The notes beneath the pieces are model-generated. The model made no database searches and had not been told where the DNA came from. It was given only the letters and a program-made list of their open reading frames with translations. Both the position numbers and the translations under genes were made by a program. DNA of 64,000 nt from Pristiophorus japonicus (lineage: Eukaryota), in contig NC_091990.1 of assembly GCF_044704955.1 (NCBI RefSeq), forward strand, positions 8,866,001-8,930,000, read 5' to 3'. Each line of letters begins with the position of its first letter. Within the stretch, counting starts at the first letter, position 1. Below are positions 38,597-51,544 of this stretch, piece after piece.

Positions 38597-40560
38597 CATA
38601 GAAACATAGAAACATAGAAAATAGGTGCAGGAGTAGGCCATTCAGCCCTTCTAGCCTGCACCGCCATTCAATGAGTTCATGGCTGAACATGAAACTTCAG
38701 TACCCACTTCCTGCTTTCACGCCATACCCCTTGATCCCCCGAGTAGTAAGGACTTCATCTAACTCCCTTTTGAATATATTTAGTGAATTGGCCCCAACTA
38801 CTTCCTGTGGTAGAGAATTCCACAGGTTCACCACCCTCTGGGTGAAGAAGTTTCTCCTTATCTCGGTCCTAAATGGCTTACCTCTTATCCTTAGACTGTG
38901 ACCCCTGGTTCTGGACTTCCCCAACATTGGGAACATTCTTCCTGCATCCAACCTGTCCAAACCCGTCAGAATTTTAAACGTTTCTATGAGGTCCCCTCTC
39001 ACTCTTCTGAACTCCAGTGAATACAAGCCCAGTTGATCCAGTCTTTCTTGATAGGTCAGTCCCACCATCCCGGGAATCAGTCTGGTGAATCTTCGCTGCA
39101 CTCCCTCAATAGCAAGAATGTCCTTCCTCAAGTTAGGAGACCAAAACTGTACACAATACTCCAGGTGTGGCCTCACCAAGGCCCTGTACAACTGTAGCAA
39201 CACCTCCCTGCCCCTATACTCAAATCCCCTCGCTATGAAGGCCAACATGCAATTTGCTTTCTTAACTGCCTGCTGTACCTGCATGCCAACCTTCAATGAC
39301 TGATGTACCATGACACCCAGGTCTCGGTTGCACCTTCCCTTTTCCTAATCTGTCACCATTCAGATAATAGTCTGTCTCTCTGTTTTTACCACCAAAGTGG
39401 ATAACCTCACATTTATCCACATTATACTTCATCTGCCACGCATTTGCCCACTCACCTAACCTATCCAAGTCACTCTGTAGCCTCATAGCATCCTCCTCGC
39501 AGCTCACACTGCCACCCAACTTAGTGTCATCCGCAAATTTGGAGATACTACATTTAATCCCCTCGTCTAAATCATTAATGTACAATGTAAACAGCTGGGG
39601 CCCCAGCACAGAACCCTGCGGTACCCCACTAGTCACGGCCTGCCATTCCGAAAAGTACCCATTTACTCCTACTCTTTGCTTCCTGTCTGACAACCAGTTC
39701 TCAATCCACGTCAGCACACTACCCCCAATCCCATGTGCTTTAACTTTGCACATTAATCTCCTGTGTGGGACCTTGTCAAAAGCCTTCTGAAAGTCCAAAT
39801 ATACCACATCAACTGGTACTCCTTTGTCCACTTTATTGGAAACATCCTCAAAAAATTCCAGAAGATTTGTCAAGCATGATCTCCCTTTCACAAATCCATG
39901 CTGACTTGGACCTATCATGTCACCATTTTCCAAATGCGCTGCTATGACATCCTTAATAATTGATTCCATCATTTTACCCACTACTGAGGTCAGGCTGACC
40001 GGTCTATAATTCCCTGCTTTCTCTCTCCCTCCTTTTTTAAAAAGTGGGGTTACATTGGCTACCCTCCACTCCATAGGAACTGATCCAGAGTCAATGGAAT
40101 GTTGGAAAATGACTGTCAATGCATCCGCTATTTCCAAGGCCACCTCCTTAAGTACTCTGGGATGCAGTCCATCAGGCCCTGGAGATTTATCGGCCTTCAA
40201 TCCCATCAATTTCCCCAACACAATTTCCCGACTAATAAAGATTTCCCTCAGTTCCTCCTCCTTAATAGACCCTCTGACCACTTTTATATCCGGAAGGTTG
40301 TTTGTGTCCTCCTTAGTGAATACTGAACCAAAGTACTTGTTCAATTGGTCTGCCATTTCTTTGTTCCCCGTTATGACTTCCCCTGATTCTGACTGCAGGG
40401 GACCTACGTTTGTCTTTACTAACCTTTTTCTCTTTACATACCTATAGAAACTTTTGCAATCCGCCTTAATGTTCCCTGCAAGCTTCTTCTCGTACTCCAT
40501 TTTCCCTGCCCTAATCAAACCCTTTGTCCTCCTCTGCTGAGTTCTAAATTTCTCCCAGTC
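38597..40560 (-). mobile_element. Young 5'-truncated CR1 LINE with near-intact RT domain
   Basis: ORFs 39262-40734 and 38697-39311 carry NYRPVSLTS, YLDFQKAFDKV, GVPQGSVLGP, KFADDTKL; one frameshift; (TTTCTATG)n tail. Confidence 0.95.
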
Positions 40561-42011
40561 TGCAGGCTCTTTGGCACAAAGGTGCTGAAATTGTGGGGGG
40601 ATTACTGTTGTCGAGCACAGCTGTTTGGAGAAGTGTTTCCAGTACCAGACAAAAGTATGGGTGCACAAGTTGAGAATACTTTCTTTTTGTTGGGACCTAT
40701 ACTGGCAGACAGCTGAAAGGGCCGATAGAGCCACAATGAAGTAGAGATCTGCCTTACTTCAAATGACAAAAGACAATGCATTTTCATGATTTACTTAGGA
40801 AATTCTGCTAGCTGGTCAGCTTGGTACTTCAATACTGGTTACTGCTGCTTGCTGAAAGTAGCCACTGCCTCATGCAATGCAAAAAGGTAGTTATCGGTCT
40901 CAGTGATCTTAACAGGTGTCAGCCATAATGAACACCCAGGTAGTAGAATGTTTCATAGGTATAAATGATGTATCAGAAAGACCTGGCAGGAAGATTGTGC
41001 ACCCTTTTGGCACACACTGGTGATTGACACCTTTGATTTTGACAAGATACTCTTAATTCTCCTTTGGCCAAGCTTATATTTCAAAGTAGAACGAGGGGGG
41101 AATAAAACTGGATCTGGAGACCCTGCTTCTTCATTTCAATGGGCTGCTGTATTAGTGGAAGGAACTTGTGATTGATCTTTCTAATGTAAAAGCATTTCAT
41201 CTAGGATGCAAGTTCGTTAAAGTACTGCAGAAATCTGCTAAAGATTCCGAACTTTTATTGTATTGCAACAGATTATGTAATCTAGTCAAACCAACTGTGT
41301 TTGGTCTTGCTCTTGTTTCATTTAGTTTCTTAATAAGCCTGATTCTTAGTTTGTAGCCTGAAATATATGGCCTTGTCAGACAGATGAGGGATTACAGCGG
41401 TAATCCCTACTACTCTAGTGTACACTCATTGGTGAAAGGGTTCATTGTTCACCCTGCAGCACATTATCCAAGACTACTTCATTTACATGGTTACACCCGG
41501 GTTTATAGGAAGCATGAGCTTATCTGTGGAAGGAACACTGTGCGTTGGGCACAGGAAGAAGTATCGCGAGTCTTCCCAAATTATCAGGAGCAGTTAAAAA
41601 GGAGCATGGATGTGTTCGGGAGGGAGTTGGATATGGTCCTTGCGGCTGCGGGGGGTGTGGAGGGGGCGGGCTGCTGGGGTGGGTGATCAGCCACGATCTT
41701 GTTGAATGGCGGTGTAGGCTCGAAGGGGCGAATGGTCTACTCCTGCACCTATTTTCTATGTTTCTATGTAGTATTTGATCGCCAGTGGAGAGAGCATCAA
41801 CATATGTACGGGCTCATTTGGCACTTCATTCAGTGACATACACCAAGTACTCCGTGGGATTACATAGTATTTACAGCACAGAAACAGGTCATTCAGCCCA
41901 ACAGGGCAATGCCGGCGTTTATGCTCCACATGAGCCTCCTCCCACCTTACTTCATCTCACACCATCGAATCAGAATCTAAATATTTCAGGTCTCATATTG
42001 TGCAGCAGCTA

Positions 42012-42248
<237 letters not shown>

Positions 42249-42949
42249 TTACAGCTGCAATATTTCATTTGATTGACTTTGGGTCATCCATAGATGACAG
42301 CAAATTAAACTTGAAAGCTTCCGCTTGGCTTCCATTCATCAACCATTCAAAATTAAAATGTTTACACATGCAACTATAAAATAATAAACCAAGAGGACAG
42401 AAGTATACATATCCCAAGAAAAGCAATAACTTACACTTATACAATGTCTTAAATGTAGAAAAATGTCCCAAGACACTTCACAGAAGCATAATCAGACAAA
42501 ACCCAACACCAAAACAACTTGTCTATATTTTCCAACAAAACACAAGGGATAGAATTAAGAAAGATGAGGAGTGGGCCAGCTGAGGAGAGGTGGAGAGAAA
42601 TTTGCGCACAGCACTGTAGATTATCAACTGCAAAGACTTGAAAAATTGGGAGTGTTTTTGTTTGGAGAGGGACTTCTGGGTGATTTGAAAATTCTGAAGC
42701 GATCAGACAGAGTCGATAGAAACAAACTGTTCTTCGTGGTCGAGGACTCCAGGAAAAGGGAACATTGATGCAAGATAAGAACACAGGAAGAAGGGTAATG
42801 TATTGTTTTTATAAACACAGAAGGCGAGGTTGTAGAATACATGGCTAGAGTTAGTGATTGAAGCAGTGACCAGGTCAACATTTAAGAAAGGGTTTTATAG
42901 ATGGGTGAAAGAAAGGGGAATAATGGGATCTGGGATTAGGACTACTGCT

Positions 42950-43300
42950 CATAGAAACATAGAAATTTACAGCGCACGGAGGCCATCTCGGCCCGTCGTG
43001 TCCACGCCGGCCGACAAAGAGCCGCACGGCCCTCGGTCAGCAGCTCTGAAGGTTACATATAAACCGATGAACAATGAACAATGGTGGACAGGTAAAGAGC
43101 AACCGAGTCTGCCCCACACAACTGCGGCAACCCTTACATTGAAACATTCTACGCTCCACCCCAACCGGAGCCATGTGATCTCCTGGGAGAGGCAAAAAAC
43201 AGATAAAAACCCAGGCCAATTGGGGAAAAAAAAATCTGGGAAAATTCCTCTCCGACCCATGCAGGCGATCGAAAGTAATCCAGGAGATCACCCTGACCGT
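42950..43300 (-). mobile_element. CR1-type long 3' UTR element with internal stem-loop
   Basis: TTTCTATG tail; 12-bp inverted repeat at 43175-43186 and 43280-43291. Confidence 0.6.
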
Positions 43301-43684
43301 AAACTCATGGAACATAAACATCAAGTGGCCGTGTTGCAATTCTGCCTGCTCAGGAGGATATAAAATGTCTCACAGAACAATTCAAAGAGCTCTCCCAGTG
43401 TCCTGACCAATGTTCTTCCCTGAAGCTGTAAACTGTTGAGCGATAACACTCCATTTATAGCACTGGGGGCCCGGTGATTTCAGGCCATCCTTGAAGCCAC
43501 CTGACTCTGGAAAAACACACAAGCGGCTCGATATGCAGCTACTGTGATGGACAGAAAGATCATAGAGCATGTCTACACACCATACACTGGAGCCAACACA
43601 GATTCATACACCAAGCACACCAATCTACGCTGCAATAGTCATTGTTATGACCCAATGTGCACTGTATATTAAGTATCTGTTTAC

Positions 43685-43796
43685 CTGGTCCCAGTGCTTC
43701 AGTGAAAGTGTGGAGAGAGGTGTCGCATTAGCAAATTCCAAGTTGGCAAAATGCCAATCCAGGATCTGTCGGTCCCTTGATGACAGGTAAACGTCA
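43685..43796 (-). CDS. KDM1A: KDM1A exon 13 (112 bp)
   Basis: ttttag|[37 protein letters not shown]|gtaaac. Confidence 0.97.
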
Positions 43797-44088
43797 CTAA
43801 AATATGTAAAAACATTACTTCAAAAACAATTCAAGATTTTCTCTTTACGTTTCTCAAAGTATTACAAGGTATAGAATGTTAGACCACAAGTACTTTACGG
43901 TGTTTAATAGAGAAATTGAATCTGCAATTTCAGACTCTTCCTGTAAAAGAGTATATGTTGCATTGTTCATCGCTATAGAGCACAGTAACAAAAAGCCGGC
44001 AGGTATACTGGTGGTCACACTGAAACAATATGACCAATAACCAGCATTGAATTTTAAACAAGAAAGATTTGTGGCTGAATGGAAATAC

Positions 44089-44162
44089 CTGGGTGGGTTA
44101 GCTTCCAATTCCTGCAGCTTCTCCTCGAGCTTCACCTGGGCCTCTGCTAGCTCATCATACTC
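44089..44162 (-). CDS. KDM1A: KDM1A exon 12 (74 bp)
   Basis: tatcag|EYDELAEAQVKLEEKLQELEANPP-S|gtattt. Confidence 0.96.
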
Positions 44163-45640
44163 CTGATAGGATTCAAATAAAATCAACCCGTCAGATGATA
44201 ATCCCTTCAAAAGAAATTGAATGGTACGGGATGTAGCAAAGCTCTATCCCTTCACTTTGAGAACTGGGTTGGAATCCAGCCCAGACTAATGGGATGAAAG
44301 TCCTTCGATGACCGTTCAGAATCCCAAGCGACAGAAGATTGAATCATTTCAATCCAGATTCTATTGGCACAAGTCTACAATAGCATAACGGTCGGTCCCA
44401 AAAACTTGTCTTAACCCAAACATCCTTTGCTTCACCAATAGTAATTTCTTTGTTTGCCATGCCAGCGCTCCTGTGTTCTCTCCTAATCAGAGCAGAATTA
44501 GGAGCAGTTTTCTTCTGTATACACATGTTTACCAACTGGGTTTGGACTGGCCAGAATCATTTCATATGGGATCCTTGCACCTGGTTAAGAGAAACCTTTT
44601 AAGCAACGCTTCCTCTCAAAGGAGAAGCCCGTAAAAATATTGCTTTTGAAAGTAATTAGAGAGGAGTTGCTGCCTGGAAACAGGCCATTCAGCCCAGCAG
44701 TCCATGTTGGCATTTACCCTCCACACGTATTCCCCCAAACCAGGCAGCGTCCAAGTGAAACTCTGCTGTGCCCGCTCTCGAGTCTCAATTTACCCCCTAT
44801 AGTGTGGATCCCATACTGCAACACGTATTCCGAGGTCTTCTTAAAGTCTTGTATAAGCTCATCTTTATCTCTTGGCTTTTATATTCTATACCTCGTGATA
44901 AAACCTAGTACTGCCAGCTGTACCAACCCGAGGTGCTGCCTTTAATGTCCTGTGAACCTGGAGCTCCATATCTTGTTGCTCATCCACAGCACCAAGCTTA
45001 CTTCTGTTCAGAATAGAATTACTTTTGATCAAATACATTAATGTGGTGTTGCAAGTGGTGGAACGTTAATATTGTAATTCCACCAGTTAGTCAAACAAAA
45101 AGTATCAAGTTTCATGATTCGTGCCACCCATCAGATGTTGCTCCTATAAATTTAACATTCTTGGCTAGTTCATTGAGAGAGCTACTTCAGGCTCAAGAAA
45201 TAGCTTCTCACGTTTCCAAGCTGCACTTTGATAAATAATGTAGTTTTTCTAAATTTCATGCCATATTACTACATTTGTTACCAACACAGCACAGTTAAGA
45301 ATTATTTATAACTACAGCTGCTTTACAAATTCTAATATAACGTATACAAGATGCGACTCCAATAGTTGGGCATATTTTTGTGGGTCCAATCAAGCAAAAA
45401 ATATGTCAACAACAAACAGCAACCATGTGTTACACAGTACAGTACTTTATCTCTGCCATCAGAAGCAGTTAGTAACCTTATATGGCTTTCGAAACAGCAT
45501 GTAGTAATTAAACTGAGCCGTAATATTCAACTCAGATCATCACATCTCCTCTCCACACCCACACCAAATTCCAGAAGTTACTGCCTTCAAGAGAAGGGGG
45601 GGGAAATAAAAAGGGGAGAATAAACCAAAAATAACTCTTA

Positions 45641-45844
<204 letters not shown>

Positions 45845-46049
45845 TCAAAACCAAACATTAAAATAAACCAAATCAGCAGAAAATAACCTTTGGTAAAATC
45901 CTGTGAAATGTCATTGTGAATTTGCTCGGATTATGGAAACTGCATTTCCCAATAACGTGCTCCTCCCCAGACAATACAGAATGGTGTGTTCATGGTGTTG
46001 CAAAAACCAAAATGAACATATTAACTTGCTTTTCACACAGCCATTCACA

Positions 46050-46377
46050 CACCCTCAGGGCCTCCCTGATAAAGTGCAACAACCCCACGGACACCTGGGT
46101 GTCCCTGGCCCAAGACCGCCCCAAGTGGAGGAAGTGCATCCGGGAGGGCGCTGAGCACCTCGAGTCTCAACGCCGAGAGCATGCAGAAATCAAGTGCAGA
46201 CAGCGGAAAGAGCGTGCGTCAAACTAGTCCCACCCTCCCTTACCCTCAACGACTATCTATCCCATCTGTGACAGGGACTGTAGCTCTCGTATTGGACTGT
46301 TCAGCCACCAAAGAACTCATTTCAGGAGTGGAAGCAAGTCTTCCTCGATTCCGAGGGACTGCCTATGATGATGATGG
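46050..46377 (+). mobile_element. RTE LINE 3' fragment
   Basis: Same family as the other RTE copies; (ATG)n tail. Confidence 0.88.
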
Positions 46378-46674
46378 TGTGTTAATTAGTATCTGGAGTG
46401 GAGCAGCAGTTTTACCCAGGACCTTACAATCCTAGACAGCAGCGGAAAAACAGGGAATTCCAGAAATCCAAAATAGCACAAAATGTATCGGCACCTGAAG
46501 AGAGAAAGCCAGATTAACATATCCAGCGCAGATCCTTAATCAGAACAACCAATTCTGACAAAGGGACTGCATTTGGAAGGTTAACTTTTTCTCTTTACAG
46601 ATGCTGATGGACTTGCTATGTATCCCCATGTATTTTAATGTGTATTTTATATATGCCCGAAAACAGGGTTTACA

Positions 46675-49600
46675 ACAAGTTGCATTTATATAGCGCCTTT
46701 AACATAGTAAAACGTTAAGGCGCTTCATCGAGCCATAAAAGAAGAAATTACGGCAGATGACCACAAGCTTGGTCAAAGAGGTAGGTTTTAAGGAGCGTCT
46801 TAAAGGAGGAAAGAGAGGTAGAGAGGTGGTGGTTTAGGGAGGGAGTTCCAGAGCATGGCCACCAATGGTGGAGCGATTATAATCAAGGATGCTCAAGAGG
46901 GCAGAATTTGAGGAGCGCAGACATCTCAGGGGGGGGTTTGTGAGGTTGAAAGAGATTGCAAAGATAGGGAGGGGCAAGGCCATGGAGGGAGTTGTATACA
47001 AGGATGAGAATTTGGAAATCGAGGCGTTGCTTAACCGGGAGCCAATGTAGGTCAGCGAGCACAGGGGTGATGGGTGAGCGGGACGGTGAGAGTTAGGACA
47101 CGGGCCGCCAAGGTTTGGATGACCTCAAGTTTACGTGGGGTCGAATATGGAGGCCAGCCAGGAGTGCGTTGCAGTAGTCAAGTCTAGAGGTAACAAAGGC
47201 ATGGATGAGGGCTTCAGCAGCAGATGAGCTGAGGCAAGGGCTGAGAGGGGTAATGTTAGAGGTGGAAACAGGCATTTTTAGTTATGCCCCGAATGTGTGG
47301 CCGGAAGCTTATTTCAGAATCAAATATGACACCTAGGTTGCGAACTGTCTCGTTCAGCCTCAGATAGATGCGAGGGAGAGGGATGGTGTCAGTGGCTAGG
47401 GAACCAAAGACAATGGCTTCGGTCTTCCCAATATTTAATTGGAGAAAATTTCTGCTCATCCAGAACTGGATGTCGGACAAGCAGACAATGTAGAGACCAT
47501 GGAGGGGTCGATAGAAATTATGCTGAGGTAGCGTACATGATGTCGCCAAGGGGCAGTACATAAATGAGAAATAGGAGGGGGACCAAGGCTAGATCCTTGG
47601 GAGACCCCAGGAGGTAACGACGCGGGAGTGGGAAGAGAAGCCATTGCGGGTGATTTTCCGGCTACGATTAGATAGATAAGAATGGAACCAGGCGAGTGCA
47701 GTCCCACCCAGCTGGACGGTGGTGGAGAGGTATGGAGGAGGATGGAGTGGTCAACCATGCCAAAGGCTGCAGACAGGTCGAGAAGGATGAGGAGGGTTAA
47801 CTTACCTTTGTCATAGTCACAAAGGATGTCATTTGTGACTTTGATGAGAGCAGTTTCGGTATTGCAGCAGGGGCAGAAACCAGATTGAAGGGATTCAAAC
47901 ATAGAATTCCCGGGAAAGATGGGCACGGATTTGGGAGGCGACAACACATTCAAGGACTTTGGAGAGGGGGCAGTAGCTTGCAAGCACAGTGGGGTCAAGG
48001 GTTGGTTTTTTGAAGTGATGACGGCAAATTTGAAGGAGATGGGAACAGTACCCGAGGAGAGACAACCGTTAACATTGTCAGCTAACATGGAAGCCAGAAA
48101 AGGAAGTAGGGTGGTCAGCAGTTTGGTGGGAATAGGGTCGAAGGAGCAGGAAGTGGGTCTCATGGACAGGATGAGGGTGGCAAGGTCAAGATCAGAGAGA
48201 AACTGGAGAGAGATGAGAGTTCAGGGCTAGGGCAGGGGGTGGAGGAACCTCAGAGGAAGTTTGTCCTGACGGGCTCGGAGGAAGGAAGGGAACTGGCAGA
48301 GGCAGCTGATTGGATGGTCTCAATCTTTGAGACAAAGTCGTCCATGAGCTCCTCACATTTGTTGTTGGAGGAGAGTGTGGTGGAGACAGCAGAGAGGGGT
48401 TTAAAAAGATGGTTAGCAGTACAGAATAGCAGCCGGGGGTAATCTTTGCATTCCAGAATGATCCTGGAATGGTGAGCAGTTTTGGCAGGCAACAGTAGGA
48501 TCCGATAATTCTTTATGTGGCCCGGCCAGATCTGGCCGTGAATGGCTAAACCCGACATCGGTACTGGGGAAAATGTTGGAATCAATTATTAAAGATGCAA
48601 AAGCAGTGCATTTGGAAAACAGTGACAGGATCAGTCCAAGTCAGAATGGATTTATGAAAGGGAAATCATGTTTGACAAATGTAGAATTTTTTTGAGGATG
48701 TAACTAGCAGAGTGGACAAAAAAGAGCCAGTGGATGTGGTGTATTTGGACTTTCAAAAAGCTTTTGACAAGGTCCCACACAAGAGATTGGTGTGCAAAAT
48801 TAAAGCACATGGTATTGGAGGTAATGTATTGACGTGGATAGAGAACTGGTTGGCAGACAGTCGGGATAAACGGGTCCTTTTCAGAATGGCAGGCAATGAC
48901 TAGTGGAGTGCCGCAGGGCTCAGTGCTGGGACCCCAGCTCTTTACAATATACATCAGTGATTTAGAAGAAGGAATTGAGTGTAATATCTCCAAGTTTACA
49001 GATGACACTAAACTGGGTGGCGGTGTGAGCTGTGAGGAGGATGTTAAGAGGCTGCAGGGTGACTTGGACAGGTTAGGTGAGTGGGCAAATGCAAGGCAGA
49101 TGCAGTATAATCTGGATAAATGTGAGGTTATCCACTTTGGTGGCAAAAACATGAAACATAGAAAATAGGTGCAGTAGGCGGCCATTCGGCCCTTCGAGCC
49201 TGCACCACCATTCAATAAGATCATGGCTGATCATTCACCTCAGTACCCCTTTCCTGCTTTCTCTCCATACCCTTTGGTCCCTTTAGCCATAAGGGCCATA
49301 TCTAACTCCCCCTTCAATATATCCAATGAACTAGCATCAACAACTCTCTGCGGTAGGGAATTCCACAGGTTAACAACTCTCTGAGTGAAGAAGTTTCTCC
49401 TCATCTCAGTCCTAAATGGAGGCAGATTATCTGAATGGCGGCAGATTAGGAAAAGGGGAGGTGCAACGAGACCTGGGTGTCATGGTTCATCGGTCATTGA
49501 AAGTTGGCATGCAGGTACAGCAGGCGGTGAAGGCGGCAAATGGCATGTTGGCCTTCATAGCTAGGGGATTTGAGTATAGAAGCAGGGAGGTCTTACTGCA

Positions 49601-50760
49601 GTTGTAATGGCCTTAGTGAGGCCTCAAACTGGAATATTGTGTTCAGTTTTGGTCTCCAAATCAGAGGAAGGACGTTCTTGCTATTGAGGGAGTGCAGTGA
49701 AGGTTCACCAGACTGGTTCCCGGGATGGCAGGACTGACATATGAGGAGAGACTGGATTGATTGGGCCTGTATTCACTGGAGTTTAGAAGAATGAGAGGGG
49801 ATCTCATAGAAACATATAAAATTCTGACAGGACTGGACAGGTGATATGCAGGAAGAATGTTCCCGATGTTGGGGCAGTCCAGAACCAGGGGTCACAGTCT
49901 AAGGATAAGGGGTAAGCCATTTAGGACCGAGATGAGGAGAAACTTCTTCACTCAGAGAGTGGTGAACCTGTGAAATTCTCTACCACAGAGAGTTGTTGAT
50001 GCCAGTTCGTTAGATATAGCCCTTATGGCTAAAGGGATCAAGGGAGAGAAAGCAGGAAAGGGGTACTGAGGTGAATGATCAGTCATGATCTTATTGAATG
50101 GTGGTGCAGGCTCGAAGGGCCAAATGGCCTACTCCTGCACCCATTTTCTATGTTGTCCGCCAAATCCGTTCAAGTCTGCGCTCCCTGGACTTGAGGGGGA
50201 ACGGCCAAGGTGAGCGAGATTAATGGTTTTAATAGGGTCTAGGGCATCAAAGGTGGTGGTGAGGGGGAGGTTGAGCAGATCGGTGGCTGCAGAAATGTCC
50301 TGGTGAACGGAGGGCCAAAGGTTGGACAGTTTGGAGTTGATGAGTGCAGAGTGGATAAGTGGGAGAGTTTTTTTTCCCAGGGGCAGACACAGGAGGAGAT
50401 AGGGTTGGGGGTGATGGAAGGGGAATGTGGGTGGAGAGCGATATGAGGAAGTGGTCGGAGATGACCTTATCGGCAATTGACACAGTAGGAATAAGGAGGC
50501 CACAGGGGAGAGATGGCAAAGTCAAGGGGGTGGCCGTAAATATGGGTTGCGGAGTTCACGTGGAGGGAGAGATTAGGGAGGATAGGAGGGTAGTGAACTC
50601 AGGAGGAGAGCATGATGAATTGAGATGGAGGTTGAAATCACCGTGGATGAGAAGTCGCACGGCACAGAGGCTGAGGGAGGAAAGCAGTGACAATGTCGCG
50701 GTGATAAAATTTATGCCACTTGGGTGGGCGGTGGAGAACGAGAACTTTAAATGAGGTGTG
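46675..50760 (-). mobile_element. Long L2 LINE (endonuclease to 3' end) interrupted by a CR1
   Basis: APE-like HGDFNLH and ISDHFL near 50450-50650; RT motifs at 47456-48163; L2 tail at 46675. Confidence 0.88.
48560..50152 (+). mobile_element. CR1 LINE nested in L2, with an inverted nested CR1 tail (~49155-49418)
   Basis: YLDFQKAFDKV and GVPQGSVLGP motifs; CR1 tail at 50152. Confidence 0.9.
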
Positions 50761-51544
50761 AAAGGGATTGGAATAAGGCGAGATGCTCAAAGGAGGTTGA
50801 TACAAAGTCAATCAATTTTAACAAGGATGTATTGCTCTTCAAATATTCACGAGTCAAACTCTGCAGGTGATTGCGCTAGTGTTCAGATGTTTTATGGAGT
50901 TTTAAATCAAAGTGTAAGTAAATGCTATGCAAAGTGTCATTGTCCACTGCTGTTGAAAAATAATCGAAGAGCAGTCTCCAGCACTACACAACATGCAGCA
51001 GATCTGCTGAACAATATATTTGCTACTTGTACCTTTTCCCTCCAGACTACATTTCACAAAACAACTTGGCCCAGTCTTTAAAATTTACAGGAACACAAAG
51101 TACCAAACGCATACACTGCGGTAATTTAAATGCGGAACATCAGGACTGCAATACTAATGACCATCAGCAGCGCCATCAAAGGGCAGAAGGTGGCACTGCA
51201 GCCCAATATCACATTTAATAACCACTGATCAAAGGACCGACAAAGAATAGGATTGATCGCCCTATAAATGTGCTGTTTCTAGATTCTTTAATTTTCTACA
51301 TTTAGCATTGTGGCTCTTCTACATTCAAGTACAATGGGAATTCTTAAGCATTACTGAATTTTTGGATTATAATCTTAACTCCACTGAACTTGTGTGAAGG
51401 ACTGTTTTGCGGAGATGCATATTTGAAGAAATACAATTGAATATGGTGTATAGACAAGAATAAGTCGTATTTTCATACTGAGAGATTACATATTGGATGT
51501 GGAGGAGGAATTTTGATCAGCGTGAAGCAATACAGCAGGTGTTC

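Noticed and set aside
38697-40734. 490-aa RT ORF as a domesticated gene or active element
   Set aside because: 5'-truncated CR1 with a frameshift; the ORF N-terminus is flanking intron sequence.
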